DNA of 64,000 bases from NCBI GenBank assembly GCA_965221695.1, contig OZ244905.1, positions 3,040,001 through 3,104,000 of the forward strand. Reading direction: 5' to 3'. Origin of the DNA: Gammaproteobacteria bacterium. Its GTDB lineage: Bacteria > Pseudomonadota > Gammaproteobacteria > Eutrophobiales > Eutrophobiaceae. The notes beneath the pieces are model-generated. The model searched no databases. It was not told where the DNA came from and was given only the letters and a program-made list of their open reading frames with translations. Below are positions 20,746-38,469 of the stretch, one piece after another (position 1 is the first letter of the stretch; each line of letters opens with the position of its first letter). A program made the position numbers and the translations under genes.

Positions 20746-23181
20746 ATGAAATTCAGCGAACAATGGTTGCGCGAGTGGGTGAACCCGCCGATATCGACCG
20801 AGACCCTCGCGGACCAGTTGACCATGGCGGGCATGGAGGTCGAAGATGTGGTGGCCGCGGCGCCGCCGCTGGATGACGTGGTGGTGGCCAGGGTAGAGCA
20901 GGTTACCGCACATCCTGACGCAGACAAGCTCTCAGTCTGTACGGTAAAAAAAGACGCGGGCGCGCCGGTAACTGTGGTGACCGGCGCGCCGGGCGTACAG
21001 CCCGGGCGTTGTTATGCGTACGCGGGGGTCGGCGCGCGCTTGCCTGGTTCCGTTGTGATCAAGGAGACGAAGATCCGTGGTGTAACCTCTGCGGGCATGC
21101 TTTGCTCCGCGGCGGAGTTGCAGTTATCGGATGACGCGGATGAATTGTTTCTGCTTGCCGATGATGCCGAACCCGGCGCCGCGCTGGCTGCTGCGATGCA
21201 ACTCGATGACCGGGTGTTTGACATCGGCCTGACGCCGAACCGGGGTGACTGCCTGAGCATACAGGGTATAGCCCGGGAAGTTGCGGTGATTAACGGGATG
21301 CAGCTTGATAACTTGCCGGACGATACGCCTGTTGCGGCAGTTCATGAACAGGTTCGGAACGTAAGCCTGGACGCCCCTGACGCTTGTCCGCGCTACTTGG
21401 GGCGTATCATCACGAACATCGATATGACGTGTCCCAGCCCGTTGTGGTTGCGGGAAAAACTGCGCCGCTGCGGACTGCGCAGCCTGAACGCGGTGGTTGA
21501 TGTCACCAATTACGTGATGCTGGAACTGGGGCAACCCCTGCATGCTTTTGACAACGACCGGTTGAACGGCGCGATAGCGGTGCGCTTTGCCGCCGAGGGC
21601 GAGGAAATCACGTTGCTCGATGGCGAAACTCACCCGATGCCGGCCTCGACCCTGGTCATTGCCGATGCGGCGCGCGCGCTGGCCATGGCCGGGGTGATGG
21701 GTGGGCTGGATTCAGCCGTCAGCGCCACGACCCGGCGCCTGTTCCTGGAGAGCGCTTTTTTTGACCCGCTCGTCGTTGCCGGCCGGGCACGGCAGTTCGG
21801 CATGCACACGGACGCGTCCCACCGGTTTGAGCGCGGTGTGGATTTCAGTTTGCAACGGCGCGCGCTGGAACGCGCGACGCGTCTGCTCCTGGATATTTGC
21901 GGCGGCGAACCAGGCCCGGTGATCGAGGCGCTGGCGCAGCAGGCATTGCCGCAGCGGCAGGCCGTCGGGATGCGTCCGGCGGCCGCCGCGGAGTTGCTGG
22001 GCGAAGCCATAAGCATGGAGACCTGCACCGATATCCTCACGCGCCTGGGCCTGGAGCCGGCGACTGATGACGCCGCGGCTGGTTGCCGCCGGTTTAACGT
22101 GCCCCCACACCGTTTTGATATCAGCCTGGAGGCGGACCTGGTGGAAGAGGTTGCTCGCATCTACGGCTATCGGAATATCAATAGCGCGTTGCCGCCGGCG
22201 CGCCTCGGCATGCGTCGGCCCGGGTTTCGTGATCGTATCGATTCCATGCGCCAGGCGCTGGTGGGCCGCGGCTACCAGGAGGCGATTACCTACAGTTTTG
22301 TCAGCCACGATCTGCAATCCCGATTGTTTCCTGATACTGTCAGCATTGCCTTGTTGAATGCCATTTCCGTTGATATGGAGCGCATGCGTGTCAGCCTGTG
22401 GCCGGGCCTGTTAGGAGCATTGCGGTATAATCTCAACCGCCGGCAGGCGCGCGTGCGCCTGTTTGAAACCGGTAAGGTGTTCAGCGCTGACGGCGCTGTC
22501 CGGCAGTCGCTTGCGCTAAGCGGACTGAGCTATGGCGCGACAGAGCCGGAACAATGGAGCCAGGAGAGCGCGGCCGGTGATTTCTACGATATCAAGTCTG
22601 ACGTGGAATCGGTTATATCCGCTTGTTGCGGCCAGGCTGCGCCGGAATACATGCCTGCCGTCGTGCCGGCGCTGCATCATGGCAAGGCCGCTCGGATTAT
22701 TGTCGGCGACCAGCCCATTGGCCTGATAGGAGCGCTACACCCGGCCATACAGGATGTGCTGGAAATAGAAACCGAAGTCTGCCTATTCGAGTTGTGCCTG
22801 GATAAAATGCCGGAAACAAACCAGGTGAAATATAAGCCGGTGTCGAAGTTCCCTGTCGTGAAACGTGACCTGTCTATACTGGTAGACGAGGATATTCCTA
22901 TCGTCAACCTTTTAAACAACGTAAGCGGGACAAATTTGAACGTTGAGCTTGATTCCTCTGCGCGAGAGTCCAAGGCGCCTGGTTTGGCAAAGTTCCTGGC
23001 AGACCTGGAGTTGGTGGATGTTTACCAGGGGCTCCCGGTTCCGAAGGGAAAAAAAAGTGTCACATTGGGCTTGACGTTTCAACGATTATCGGACACTCTT
23101 ATACATGAACATGTGGATAGCATGATGTCTCAGATACTGGATTCTCTTTATAGAGAATTTGACGCACAGTTGAGGGAATAA
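20746..23181 (+). CDS. pheT: phenylalanine--tRNA ligase beta subunit
   Basis: [47 protein letters not shown]. Confidence 0.97.
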   Translation: MKFSEQWLREWVNPPISTETLADQLTMAGMEVEDVVAAAPPLDDVVVARVEQVTAHPDADKLSVCTVKKDAGAPVTVVTGAPGVQPGRCYAYAGVGARLPGSVVIKETKIRGVTSAGMLCSAAELQLSDDADELFLLADDAEPGAALAAAMQLDDRVFDIGLTPNRGDCLSIQGIAREVAVINGMQLDNLPDDTPVAAVHEQVRNVSLDAPDACPRYLGRIITNIDMTCPSPLWLREKLRRCGLRSLNAVVDVTNYVMLELGQPLHAFDNDRLNGAIAVRFAAEGEEITLLDGETHPMPASTLVIADAARALAMAGVMGGLDSAVSATTRRLFLESAFFDPLVVAGRARQFGMHTDASHRFERGVDFSLQRRALERATRLLLDICGGEPGPVIEALAQQALPQRQAVGMRPAAAAELLGEAISMETCTDILTRLGLEPATDDAAAGCRRFNVPPHRFDISLEADLVEEVARIYGYRNINSALPPARLGMRRPGFRDRIDSMRQALVGRGYQEAITYSFVSHDLQSRLFPDTVSIALLNAISVDMERMRVSLWPGLLGALRYNLNRRQARVRLFETGKVFSADGAVRQSLALSGLSYGATEPEQWSQESAAGDFYDIKSDVESVISACCGQAAPEYMPAVVPALHHGKAARIIVGDQPIGLIGALHPAIQDVLEIETEVCLFELCLDKMPETNQVKYKPVSKFPVVKRDLSILVDEDIPIVNLLNNVSGTNLNVELDSSARESKAPGLAKFLADLELVDVYQGLPVPKGKKSVTLGLTFQRLSDTLIHEHVDSMMSQILDSLYREFDAQLRE

Positions 23182-23183
23182 GA

Positions 23184-23489
23184 ATGGCAGCATTGACTAA
23201 AGCGGACATGGCCGAAAGGCTCCATCATCAGGATGGTCTGAACAAGCGCGAGGCTAAGGAAATAGTGGAAATGTTTTTTGAGGAGATACGTTCCGCGCTG
23301 GAAACCGGGAATCAGGTCAAGCTTTCCGGCTTTGGTAACTTTGAACTACGAAACAAAAAACAGCGGCCGGGTCGCAATCCGAAGACTGGGAAGGAAGTCC
23401 CTATCAGCGCGCGTCGTGTGGTAACGTTTCGCCCCGGACAAAAACTGAAAGCGAGAGTGGAGGCCTATGCTGGAACCGGCGCTGAATAG
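23184..23489 (+). CDS. ihfA: integration host factor subunit alpha
   Basis: [26 protein letters not shown]; follows pheT. Confidence 0.97.
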   Translation: MAALTKADMAERLHHQDGLNKREAKEIVEMFFEEIRSALETGNQVKLSGFGNFELRNKKQRPGRNPKTGKEVPISARRVVTFRPGQKLKARVEAYAGTGAE

Positions 23490-23823
23490 TGAATTGCCTG
23501 CAATTCCAAGCAAAAGGTATTTCACAATTGGTGAAGTCAGCGAGTTATGCTTGGTCAAGCCGCATGTATTGCGTTATTGGGAGCAGGAGTTCCCCCAACT
23601 AAAACCCCTTAAACGGCGTGGCAACAGGCGTTATTATCAAAGACAGGATGTGATATTAATCAGACAAATCCGGAGTCTGCTCTATGAGCATGGGTTTACC
23701 ATCAGCGGCGCCAAGCAGCGGCTGTCCGGAGATGAAGCTCGGGAAGATTCCAACCAGAGCCAGCAGATTATTCGTCAATTGTGTGTTGAACTGGAAAAAG
23801 TCAGAGATCTGTTGCGGCGTTGA
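23467..23823 (+). CDS. MerR-family transcriptional regulator
   Basis: [31 protein letters not shown]; usual ihfA neighbour. Confidence 0.93.
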   Translation: MLEPALNSELPAIPSKRYFTIGEVSELCLVKPHVLRYWEQEFPQLKPLKRRGNRRYYQRQDVILIRQIRSLLYEHGFTISGAKQRLSGDEAREDSNQSQQIIRQLCVELEKVRDLLRR

Positions 23824-23875
23824 CTGCTTGCTGACGGCATTCTGTTCATTATCTTATTACCCTTTCCTGAAGCGG

Positions 23876-23959
23876 ATTTGGACATCCGAAGGATGCCCGA
23901 AGGGTGTGCGCCACGGAAGGCGCTCTGAAAAGTTGAGGATGGACTTGTTCAGAGCTTCC
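23876..23959 (-). mobile_element. truncated MITE sharing the GGAAGCTCTGAACAAGTCCATCCT end but with a different interior
   Basis: AGGATGGACTTGTTCAGAGCTTCC-CTAA matches the end of the 45075-45225 element; internal hairpins GGACATCCGAAGGATGCCC and GCGCCACGGAAGGCGC; left boundary approximate. Confidence 0.65.
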
Positions 23960-23973
23960 CTAAAATTATCGGC

Positions 23974-24050
<77 letters not shown>

Positions 24051-24108
24051 TTATCAAAACGTCTGGCTCGCATCGCTTGCTAATGCGGGTCAGCCAGGAT
24101 AACTTTCA

Positions 24109-24654
24109 TTGTTGAAACCATCGACTGTCTTGCTGGTTTGTTTGAGTCTGCTTGCAGGAGGGTGCGGCAGCGAGAAAACCGCGCTGCAGGCTTTTGAAGC
24201 CGGCGATTACGCGAGCGCATACAAACTCTTCAGGCCTTTGGCAGATTCCGGCGACCTTACGGCCCAGAATTATCTGGGAACTCTTTTTTATCTGGGGCTG
24301 GGTGTAGAACGTGATTGGAGCCAGGCCCTGAACTGGTATGAAAAAGCGGCAACACAGGGTGACCCCGGAGCGCAACTCAACTATGGATTGATGCTCCAAA
24401 ACGGCAATGGAGTAGCCCCGGATATCGGCGCGGCTTTCATGTGGTACTATGCTTCCTATCGGCAGGGTAATATGATTGCCAGGCGTTACCTGGATTCTCT
24501 GGCTGATGATAATCTGCTGAGTCCTAACCAGATCGACTATGCCAAGCTCCGGGCAAGAAAATATATCGTCAACACCGTCGTGGCGGAGCAAGGCACAGAG
24601 GGCAGTTTGTTTCGAAACCGGCTGCAACCAGGAAACCATTCCGGTAATCAGTGA
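24109..24654 (+). CDS. Sel1-repeat lipoprotein
   Basis: Lipobox-like LAGGC; AQNYLGTLFYLGLGV..D...A..WY and AQLNYGLML.NGNGV repeats. Confidence 0.85.
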   Translation: MLKPSTVLLVCLSLLAGGCGSEKTALQAFEAGDYASAYKLFRPLADSGDLTAQNYLGTLFYLGLGVERDWSQALNWYEKAATQGDPGAQLNYGLMLQNGNGVAPDIGAAFMWYYASYRQGNMIARRYLDSLADDNLLSPNQIDYAKLRARKYIVNTVVAEQGTEGSLFRNRLQPGNHSGNQ

Positions 24655-26483
24655 TGTGTGGCATCGTCGGCGCGGTGGCGGGGAGGGATGTAACGCCCAT
24701 CCTCCTCGAAGGGCTCCGGAGACTGGAGTACCGCGGTTATGATTCTGCCGGGGTTGTTGTGCTCAATAATGCCTCGGGTTTCGACCGGGTCAGGGTCCAG
24801 GGCAAGGTCAAAGAACTTACCCAATCGGTTGCCGCTGCGTCCCTGACCGGCAATGCCGGCCTTGCGCATACCCGCTGGGCCACCCACGGCCGTCCCAGCG
24901 TGCATAATGCCCACCCACACATCTGCAAAGATGAAATCGCTGTGGTGCATAACGGCATAATTGAGAATCATGACGCCTTGCGAAAGGAACAGATAGGCGC
25001 TGGTTACACGTTTGCGTCAGAAACGGATACGGAGGTAATCGTCAACCAGATCCATCATCACTTGCAGTGCGGCAATACCTTGCTACAAGCGGTAAAAGCT
25101 ACCGTTGCGGAACTGCAAGGCACCTACGCGCTGGGTGTGATAGACAAGAACCGCCCGGAGCGGCTGGTGGCCGCCAGGAAAGGCAGTCCTCTGGTCATCG
25201 GCATAGGCATCCGTGAACATTTTATTTCTTCCGATATCTTTGCCTTGTTGCCGGTTACCCGACAGTTCATCGTTATGGAAGAAGGCGATCTTGCCGAGAT
25301 TGACCGTGACCAGGTCCTTATCCTTGACCGGCTCGGCAACCGGGTTGAGAGGCTGCGGATTACATCGGAAATTTCGTCGGACAGCACGGACAAGGCCGGT
25401 TACCGTCATTATATGGCCAAGGAAATATTGACTCAGCCCGCGGCAGTCGCCGACACCCTTGAGGGTAGGATTGAGAATGGCGCAATTATCGAGTCTGAGT
25501 TCGGGGTATCTGCGCCGGCGCTGTTCGACCGGGTGGAAAACGTTCATATCATTGCCTGTGGCAGCAGTTACCATGCAGGCCTGGTAGCCAGGTACTGGCT
25601 GGAGTCGGAAGGCATACAATGCAGTGTGGACATTGCCAGCGAATACCGTTATCGCGACACCGTGGCGCCGCCTAATACCCTGTTTCTGACGATTTCCCAA
25701 TCGGGCGAAACCCTGGATGTGTTGGAGGCCGTGCGCCAGGCCGCCGCCAGGCCTTATCTTGCCAGCCTTGCCATCTGTAATGTTCCGGAAAGTTCATTGA
25801 CCCGCGAAGCGGAACTGATTTTTTTTACCCGCGCCGGGATAGAAATCGGTGTTGCTTCGACCAAGACATTTACCACCCAGTTGGTTGCCCTGTATATCCT
25901 GGTGATTGCGCTGGCTCGGCGGCGCGGTCTGGACAAACAGAAGGAAGCGCAGCGGGTCAATCTGTTACAGAGATTGCCCGGCCAGATTAACCAGATGTTG
26001 GAACTGGATGAGCAGTTGGAACAACTGGCCGAGGAGTTCATTCACAAGCAGCATACGCTATTCGTAGGCAGGGGAACGATGCTGCCGATCGCCATGGAAG
26101 GCGCATTGAAACTGAAGGAAATTTCCTATATTCACGCGGAAGCCTACGCGGCCGGAGAACTGAAACACGGCCCTCTGGCGCTGATTGATAATGAAATGCC
26201 GGTGATTGCCGTGGCGCCGAATAACAGCTTGCTGGGAAAGCTGAACTCCAATTTACAGGAAGCCCGCGCGCGCGGCGCCAAACTATATGTTTTTTCAGAC
26301 GCCGAGTTGTCTATGGAAGTAAGCGCCGCCCTCAAAGTCGTGCGCTTGCCCGCAGTAGAGAACAGTATTGCGCCGATAGTCTATAACGTGCCTTTGCAAT
26401 TGCTTTCCTACCATGTCGCCGTGCTCAAGGGCGCGGATGTAGACCAGCCGAGAAACCTGGCCAAGTCTGTTACCGTTGAATGA
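24654..26483 (+). CDS. glmS: glutamine--fructose-6-phosphate transaminase
   Basis: MCGIVG, LEYRGYDSAG, HTRWATHG, SQSGET, PRNLAKSVTVE. Confidence 0.98.
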   Translation: MCGIVGAVAGRDVTPILLEGLRRLEYRGYDSAGVVVLNNASGFDRVRVQGKVKELTQSVAAASLTGNAGLAHTRWATHGRPSVHNAHPHICKDEIAVVHNGIIENHDALRKEQIGAGYTFASETDTEVIVNQIHHHLQCGNTLLQAVKATVAELQGTYALGVIDKNRPERLVAARKGSPLVIGIGIREHFISSDIFALLPVTRQFIVMEEGDLAEIDRDQVLILDRLGNRVERLRITSEISSDSTDKAGYRHYMAKEILTQPAAVADTLEGRIENGAIIESEFGVSAPALFDRVENVHIIACGSSYHAGLVARYWLESEGIQCSVDIASEYRYRDTVAPPNTLFLTISQSGETLDVLEAVRQAAARPYLASLAICNVPESSLTREAELIFFTRAGIEIGVASTKTFTTQLVALYILVIALARRRGLDKQKEAQRVNLLQRLPGQINQMLELDEQLEQLAEEFIHKQHTLFVGRGTMLPIAMEGALKLKEISYIHAEAYAAGELKHGPLALIDNEMPVIAVAPNNSLLGKLNSNLQEARARGAKLYVFSDAELSMEVSAALKVVRLPAVENSIAPIVYNVPLQLLSYHVAVLKGADVDQPRNLAKSVTVE

Positions 26484-26491
26484 ATTGCCGG

Positions 26492-27070
26492 CTAACGCAG
26501 TAACGCTTGCACTTCACGTGACAATTGTTCGTCTGCGCCTCGAATCCATTCAAACAACACGGACTCTGAGTCGCAGATGATAATTCCTGCTCTACCCAGG
26601 CGCCGCAGCGCGGTTTCGTAGTTTTCCCTTTGCCGGGAACAGACCGCATCTGCTACCACGAACACCACGTATCCCCGATTATGCAGGTCCAGCGCCGTTT
26701 GCAAGATACAAACATGGGCTTCCATGCCCACCAAGATGGCCTGTTTTCTGTTGGTGGAGGTCAAATCCTCGGCCAAGTTATTGGCGCCCAGGCAGGAAAA
26801 AGTGGTTTTATTATAAAGATTGGCTGCCTGCGGCAACAGTTTATGAATTTCAGGCTCCATAATGCCCAACTCCTCGGGCGACCGTTCTGTAGCAAATATC
26901 GGCAGCGCCAGCCTGATAGCTGTATTAATCAGTAAGCTCGTATTGCGCTGCAGCCTGGCCAGGACTTTGATGGGCATCACTGCGGTCAGTTCAGTCTGGA
27001 TGTCGATAACCAGCAATACAGAATTCCCCGCATCACAAAGAGAGGTATAATTTTCAACTGCGGTTCGCAT
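26492..27070 (-). CDS. isochorismatase-family hydrolase
   Basis: LLVIDIQ, KTTFSC, GMEAHVCILQTA, DAVCSR. Confidence 0.88.
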   Translation of the reverse strand: MRTAVENYTSLCDAGNSVLLVIDIQTELTAVMPIKVLARLQRNTSLLINTAIRLALPIFATERSPEELGIMEPEIHKLLPQAANLYNKTTFSCLGANNLAEDLTSTNRKQAILVGMEAHVCILQTALDLHNRGYVVFVVADAVCSRQRENYETALRRLGRAGIIICDSESVLFEWIRGADEQLSREVQALLR

Positions 27071-27114
27071 GGTTTGTTAATCCAGCATGCCGGTTACAGG
27101 AAACAGCTTCCCCA

Positions 27115-28455
27115 TCAATTTAACCATCGATTTACCTGGAACAGGTCTTCCTCGGACAGGCTGCCCGAGGCCTGTTTCAGGCGCAACGTATCCAGCAGGT
27201 AGTCATAACGCGCCCGAGCGTAGTCCCGTCTGGCCTGGGACGTGGCGCGTTCCGCCGCGACGACGTCCACTGCAGTGCGAGTGCCCACATCAAAACCGGC
27301 CTCCGTGGCTTGCAACGCAGTCTCACTGGAGACCACGGCCTGCTTTAATGCGTTGACCTTGCTGATCCCCGAGATCACGCCCAGGTAAGCCTGGCGTGTC
27401 AGCCGCTGGGCATGTCTGCGCGCTTGTTCCAACCGTTCCAGCTCTGCGTTCAGGCGTTCATGGGTCTCCCTGACACGCGAGCTGACATAGCCTCCTTGGA
27501 ATATAGGGACGCGCAATTGCACCCCCACCGAAGAGGTCGTGCTTTCAACTGAGCCGAAACGGCCACCGGTTTCATCCAGGCTGTGGCGGGCAACCATGTC
27601 GAGTGTGGGCAGGTGGCCTGCCTGCTGGCGTTTGATTTCCCGGCGCGCGTTATTCACTGCGTGTTGCGCGGCAAGCACATCCAGGTTTTGTTCCAGCGCG
27701 GCGCCGGTCCAGGCTTCGATCTGCTCCGGTTCAGGCGCTAGCAAGGGCATGGTTTCCCCAAGGGGAGCCAAATCGGAAAAATAGGCGCCGGTAATCTCGC
27801 GCAAGGCTTCCTGGGTATTATCAACGTTGTTTCTTGCCTCAATTTCCGCGGCAAATGCCCGATCGTAACCGGCCTGTGCTTCCTGTACGTCTGTGATGGC
27901 GGTCAAACCTACGTCAAACCGTTGTTGCGCCTGGTCCAGTTGCCGACTCAGAGATTTTTTTTCGGCTTCGGCAAATCCCAGGTTGTCGTAGGCAGCCAGC
28001 GCCTCAAAATAAGCCGCGCCGGCGCGTAATATCAGGTCCTGTTCGGCTGCAATCAATTCCGCATCGGCCTGTTGTATCTGGTTGTCTGCTTGCAGGTAGC
28101 GGATAATCCGATCGCCCCGAAACAGGGGTTGGACCAGATCCAGGCTATAGCCGTGACTGCCGAAACTGACTTTGCCTTGCTGGCCGATGGGATTGAAAAT
28201 GCTGTCAATCTCCTGTTCATTGGTGAACGCGTTGGCGTTGAATGACAGGGATGGCAACAGTTGCGCCAAGGCCTGCGGCCGCTGTTCAAGGATCGCCCGT
28301 TTGGTTGCGGCAACCTGCCGGTATTGTGGATCGCTGTCCAGGGCGCGCCGATAGATTTCCAGCAAATCCACTGCGCCGGCGAACTCCGCGCAGGTCATCA
28401 GGAGCAAGACAGACAAGACTTTCTGGAAAGCCGTTTTGATTTGTTTCACTTTCAA
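27115..28455 (-). CDS. tolC: TolC-family outer membrane channel
   Basis: DLLEIY..AL..DP, RFDVGLTAITDVQEA, AGHLPTL, GFDVGTRTAVDV. Confidence 0.9.
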   Translation of the reverse strand: MKVKQIKTAFQKVLSVLLLMTCAEFAGAVDLLEIYRRALDSDPQYRQVAATKRAILEQRPQALAQLLPSLSFNANAFTNEQEIDSIFNPIGQQGKVSFGSHGYSLDLVQPLFRGDRIIRYLQADNQIQQADAELIAAEQDLILRAGAAYFEALAAYDNLGFAEAEKKSLSRQLDQAQQRFDVGLTAITDVQEAQAGYDRAFAAEIEARNNVDNTQEALREITGAYFSDLAPLGETMPLLAPEPEQIEAWTGAALEQNLDVLAAQHAVNNARREIKRQQAGHLPTLDMVARHSLDETGGRFGSVESTTSSVGVQLRVPIFQGGYVSSRVRETHERLNAELERLEQARRHAQRLTRQAYLGVISGISKVNALKQAVVSSETALQATEAGFDVGTRTAVDVVAAERATSQARRDYARARYDYLLDTLRLKQASGSLSEEDLFQVNRWLN

Positions 28456-28488
28456 TCCGGATTTCAGTTTACTGCGTGATGCGGTGTT

Positions 28489-28806
28489 TCAATACCTGGG
28501 CATATCGTTATCGACGCGCTCAGCCCATGCGTCCAGTCCGCCTTCCAGGTTTACAATCTCCTTAAACCCCGATGCTTCGAGGGCAGCGCTTGCGTCCAGG
28601 CTGCGCATGCCGAAATGACAGAGGACGACGGTTTTTGTTTCCCGGTTCAGTTCATTCGAGCGTTGCGGGATTTCGTTCATGGGAATATTAACGGAACCGG
28701 GCAGGCGGCAGATTTCAAATTCCCAAGGGTCGCGCACATCAAGCAGGACAATCTTATCCCACTCAGGCTGTAACGCCGCCAGTTGTTCCACTGTGATAGT
28801 TTGCAT
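28489..28806 (-). CDS. rhodanese-like domain protein
   Basis: LLDVRDPWE, CHFGMRS, NLEGGLDAW. Confidence 0.9.
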   Translation of the reverse strand: MQTITVEQLAALQPEWDKIVLLDVRDPWEFEICRLPGSVNIPMNEIPQRSNELNRETKTVVLCHFGMRSLDASAALEASGFKEIVNLEGGLDAWAERVDNDMPRY

Positions 28807-28847
28807 GTATCGCCTGTTCCGCTTAGTTTTTTGCTATTATAACCTAT

Positions 28848-31021
<2,174 letters not shown>

Positions 31022-31034
31022 GAACAGGGACGTA

Positions 31035-33671
31035 GTGGTTGACTTCCAGTCATTGATTGCCGCCGCGCCTGATCCTGAAGCTGCGGCGCTCAGGCTCGAC
31101 AGGATGCGGCAGGATGCTGAACTGCGCGAGGAGATGGATCGGCTGCCGGCCTCCCTGGCGGTGGAACTCGTCAATATCATCGGTTATTCAAACTTCCTGT
31201 TCAATTATATCTGCCGGCATCCGCGCGCCATTCGGCTGCTGGGCGAGCCCTGTGAAATCAATCCGGCGCAAATGGACGGGATCCATGATGCTGAGGCTTT
31301 GCGCCGCTTCAAGTACGAACAACTGTTTAAGATAACCTGGATGGACCTGTCCGGCAGCTATCCTTATGAAATCGTGCTGGACAGGTTGAGTCTACTGGCC
31401 GATTTGATTCTCAACAAAGCTTTTGCCCTGAGCTTCAGCGGCGATGACGGCCACGCACTCAGGCAACATGTCTGCATCTTTGCCTTGGGAAAACTGGGCG
31501 CGGGAGAACTGAATTACAGTTCCGATGTCGACCTTATATTCGCCTGCAGCAACCATGATGAAGGCAGTGGAGTGAATTCTCATACATTGCAGGGGGCATT
31601 GACAAAAGGACTCCGTTCGTTCACCCGGATACTGGAAGAGACTACCCGCAGCGGTTTTTTATATCGGGTCGATCTGAAACTCCGGCCTTGGGGGAAGAGC
31701 GGCCCGCTGTTTCTGAGCGTGGATCAAACGGAGAATTATTATCAGACCAGCAATGAGGCATGGGAGAGGTTGACCTGGCTGCGCGCTCGATGTGTCGCGG
31801 GCAATGCGGAACTTGGCCGGGAGCTCCTGGCCAGGCTGCGCCCGTTCGTGTTCATACGCTCGATGAGCAGCGCAGACCTGGAGCGGTTTATTGACATCAA
31901 GGGAGAAATGGCCAGGGTGCGGGCGCGGTCTGGCCAGTGGCATGTCAAACTCGGCCGGGGAGGCATCAGGGATATCGAGTTTTTCGTGCAGATACTGCAA
32001 TTGGTCAGCGCCGCCAGGCACGCCGAATTGCGCACGACCAATACCCTGGCGGCGTTGGAGAGCTTGCGCAAACTGAATTTTATAGGACGCGAAGAAGAAC
32101 TGGAAATCAGAGAGGCCTACCTGTTCCTGCGGCGTCTTGAGAATCGCCTGCAGATGGTGGATGAAAAACAGACACACGCGCTGCCGGATGAGGTTGCAAG
32201 CAGGATCAGAGTGGCGCGCTCCCTGAAAATGGAAGGCCGGACCGACCAGGAGGTTCTGGCGAGTTTCGAGCAGCGCCTTGCCGCACACCGCAAAATTGCC
32301 GAGAAATTTTTTGAAAAAATCCTGCCGGAGGCGGAAACAGACCAAGAGCAAGCGGGCAGGGCGTCCCAGGTCAGCTACGCCGGCGCCTGGAACAAGGTGC
32401 AGGCGGAAGTCAGCCTGACCCGATGGATTGAATTGTGTGAGCGGGAACAATGGGGCGATAAACCGGCGGATAAGGCGCTGCTGGTCAACATTTTCGGCGC
32501 CAGTTGGTATTTCACCCGGTACATTTTCTTTCGCGGCATCGAAATTGCCGATTTAATCGATCATTACCAGGACAAACCGATCACCCCCGACGAGATAATG
32601 CGCACCTTCCAGGTTGGCGCGTTCAAGCTGGATCTGGAGCACGAGTTAAATGTATTGTCATCGATCAAAAACCAGTGGATGTTGTTGTTTCTGATCCGTT
32701 TTCTGCAGGGAGACATGGCGCTTGCAGAAGTGGAAAAAAACCTTACCCTGCTGGCTGAATGTGTTTTCCAGGCCATGGTCAGGCAAATGTCCCGGGCCAA
32801 CAGTAAACTGTTCGACAATGTGGCCGTGCTGGGCATGGGCAGGATGGCCGGCTATGAGATGATCTTCGGTTCCGACCTTGACCTGATATTTCTGTATCGG
32901 CCGGAATCTGCGGGAGACTCCAGCCAGGTCGCGCGCGAACTCCAGACTATGATTCGCCACCTGGCCCGAATATCGCCGTCCGGCCTGCTCTACGAAGTGG
33001 ACATGCGTCTGCGTCCCCACGGCACATCAGGCTCGCTGATCACACAGGTGGATTCGTTCATCGATTATCATCGTTCCGACCGGGCTGTCTGGGAACGCCA
33101 GATGATGACTCGCTGCCGGCCCATCTATGACCCGCACGACATGGGATTGGATGCGTTGCAAGCGATCTCCGCGTCCATCTACGGCGACTACGACGCTGAA
33201 ATATTGCGGGACGAGATCGTGAAAATGCGCGAACTGATAGAGGAGACCCTGGGCAGCCCGCGTAACAAGCATGAGCTTAAGCGGGGCAGGGGCGGGATCA
33301 TGGATATTGATTTCATCACACATTTTTTGCAACTTCTCCACGGCAAAAACCATGTGGAATTACAGACTACCAGCGCCAGGTCCGCATTAAAAAGCCTGTC
33401 CAAATTGAACTATATTACCGCTGAGCGAGCGCAATTTTTGCTGAAAGCCTATGATTTTCTGAAGCAGGCGGAAATCTGCATGCGCCTGATAGATCTGAAG
33501 CCCAGCAGCACGATACCCGCCGACCCTGAACAGAACGCGGTTTTGTCCAGGGGTATGGGCTTCGCGGAAGGCCAGACCGAGGAGTTCATGGCGGAATTTC
33601 TTGAGATCAGGGAAAACGTCAGAGACACATTTATTGAGATCGTCGGGGCGCCGGATACAGTAGCCAATTGA
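31035..33671 (+). CDS. glnE: bifunctional glutamine synthetase adenylyltransferase/deadenylyltransferase
   Basis: Two nucleotidyltransferase domains: GKLGAGELNYSSDVDLIF...RLRPWG...GGIRDIEF and GSDLDLIFL...DMRLRPHG...GGIMDIDF; GTG start inferred. Confidence 0.88.
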   Translation: MVDFQSLIAAAPDPEAAALRLDRMRQDAELREEMDRLPASLAVELVNIIGYSNFLFNYICRHPRAIRLLGEPCEINPAQMDGIHDAEALRRFKYEQLFKITWMDLSGSYPYEIVLDRLSLLADLILNKAFALSFSGDDGHALRQHVCIFALGKLGAGELNYSSDVDLIFACSNHDEGSGVNSHTLQGALTKGLRSFTRILEETTRSGFLYRVDLKLRPWGKSGPLFLSVDQTENYYQTSNEAWERLTWLRARCVAGNAELGRELLARLRPFVFIRSMSSADLERFIDIKGEMARVRARSGQWHVKLGRGGIRDIEFFVQILQLVSAARHAELRTTNTLAALESLRKLNFIGREEELEIREAYLFLRRLENRLQMVDEKQTHALPDEVASRIRVARSLKMEGRTDQEVLASFEQRLAAHRKIAEKFFEKILPEAETDQEQAGRASQVSYAGAWNKVQAEVSLTRWIELCEREQWGDKPADKALLVNIFGASWYFTRYIFFRGIEIADLIDHYQDKPITPDEIMRTFQVGAFKLDLEHELNVLSSIKNQWMLLFLIRFLQGDMALAEVEKNLTLLAECVFQAMVRQMSRANSKLFDNVAVLGMGRMAGYEMIFGSDLDLIFLYRPESAGDSSQVARELQTMIRHLARISPSGLLYEVDMRLRPHGTSGSLITQVDSFIDYHRSDRAVWERQMMTRCRPIYDPHDMGLDALQAISASIYGDYDAEILRDEIVKMRELIEETLGSPRNKHELKRGRGGIMDIDFITHFLQLLHGKNHVELQTTSARSALKSLSKLNYITAERAQFLLKAYDFLKQAEICMRLIDLKPSSTIPADPEQNAVLSRGMGFAEGQTEEFMAEFLEIRENVRDTFIEIVGAPDTVAN

Positions 33672-33888
33672 TAGCGCGCCAGGATAGGCGGTAAAACAAA
33701 AGTATGTGTTTGCCTTCGATAAAACATGGCGCCAGGATCACTGGTAGAGTAGTACCATATCCACCGATAACAAGGTATACTGCCGTAAAATGGCTCTGGC
33801 ATGTGCCAATAGTTCCATGCAATCGTGGTGAGCAGTTCACTGATCATGGCGGGGTGTGTATCCGGCATGCCGGTATATAAACAATCTT

Positions 33889-38461
<4,573 letters not shown>

Positions 38462-38469
<8 letters not shown>

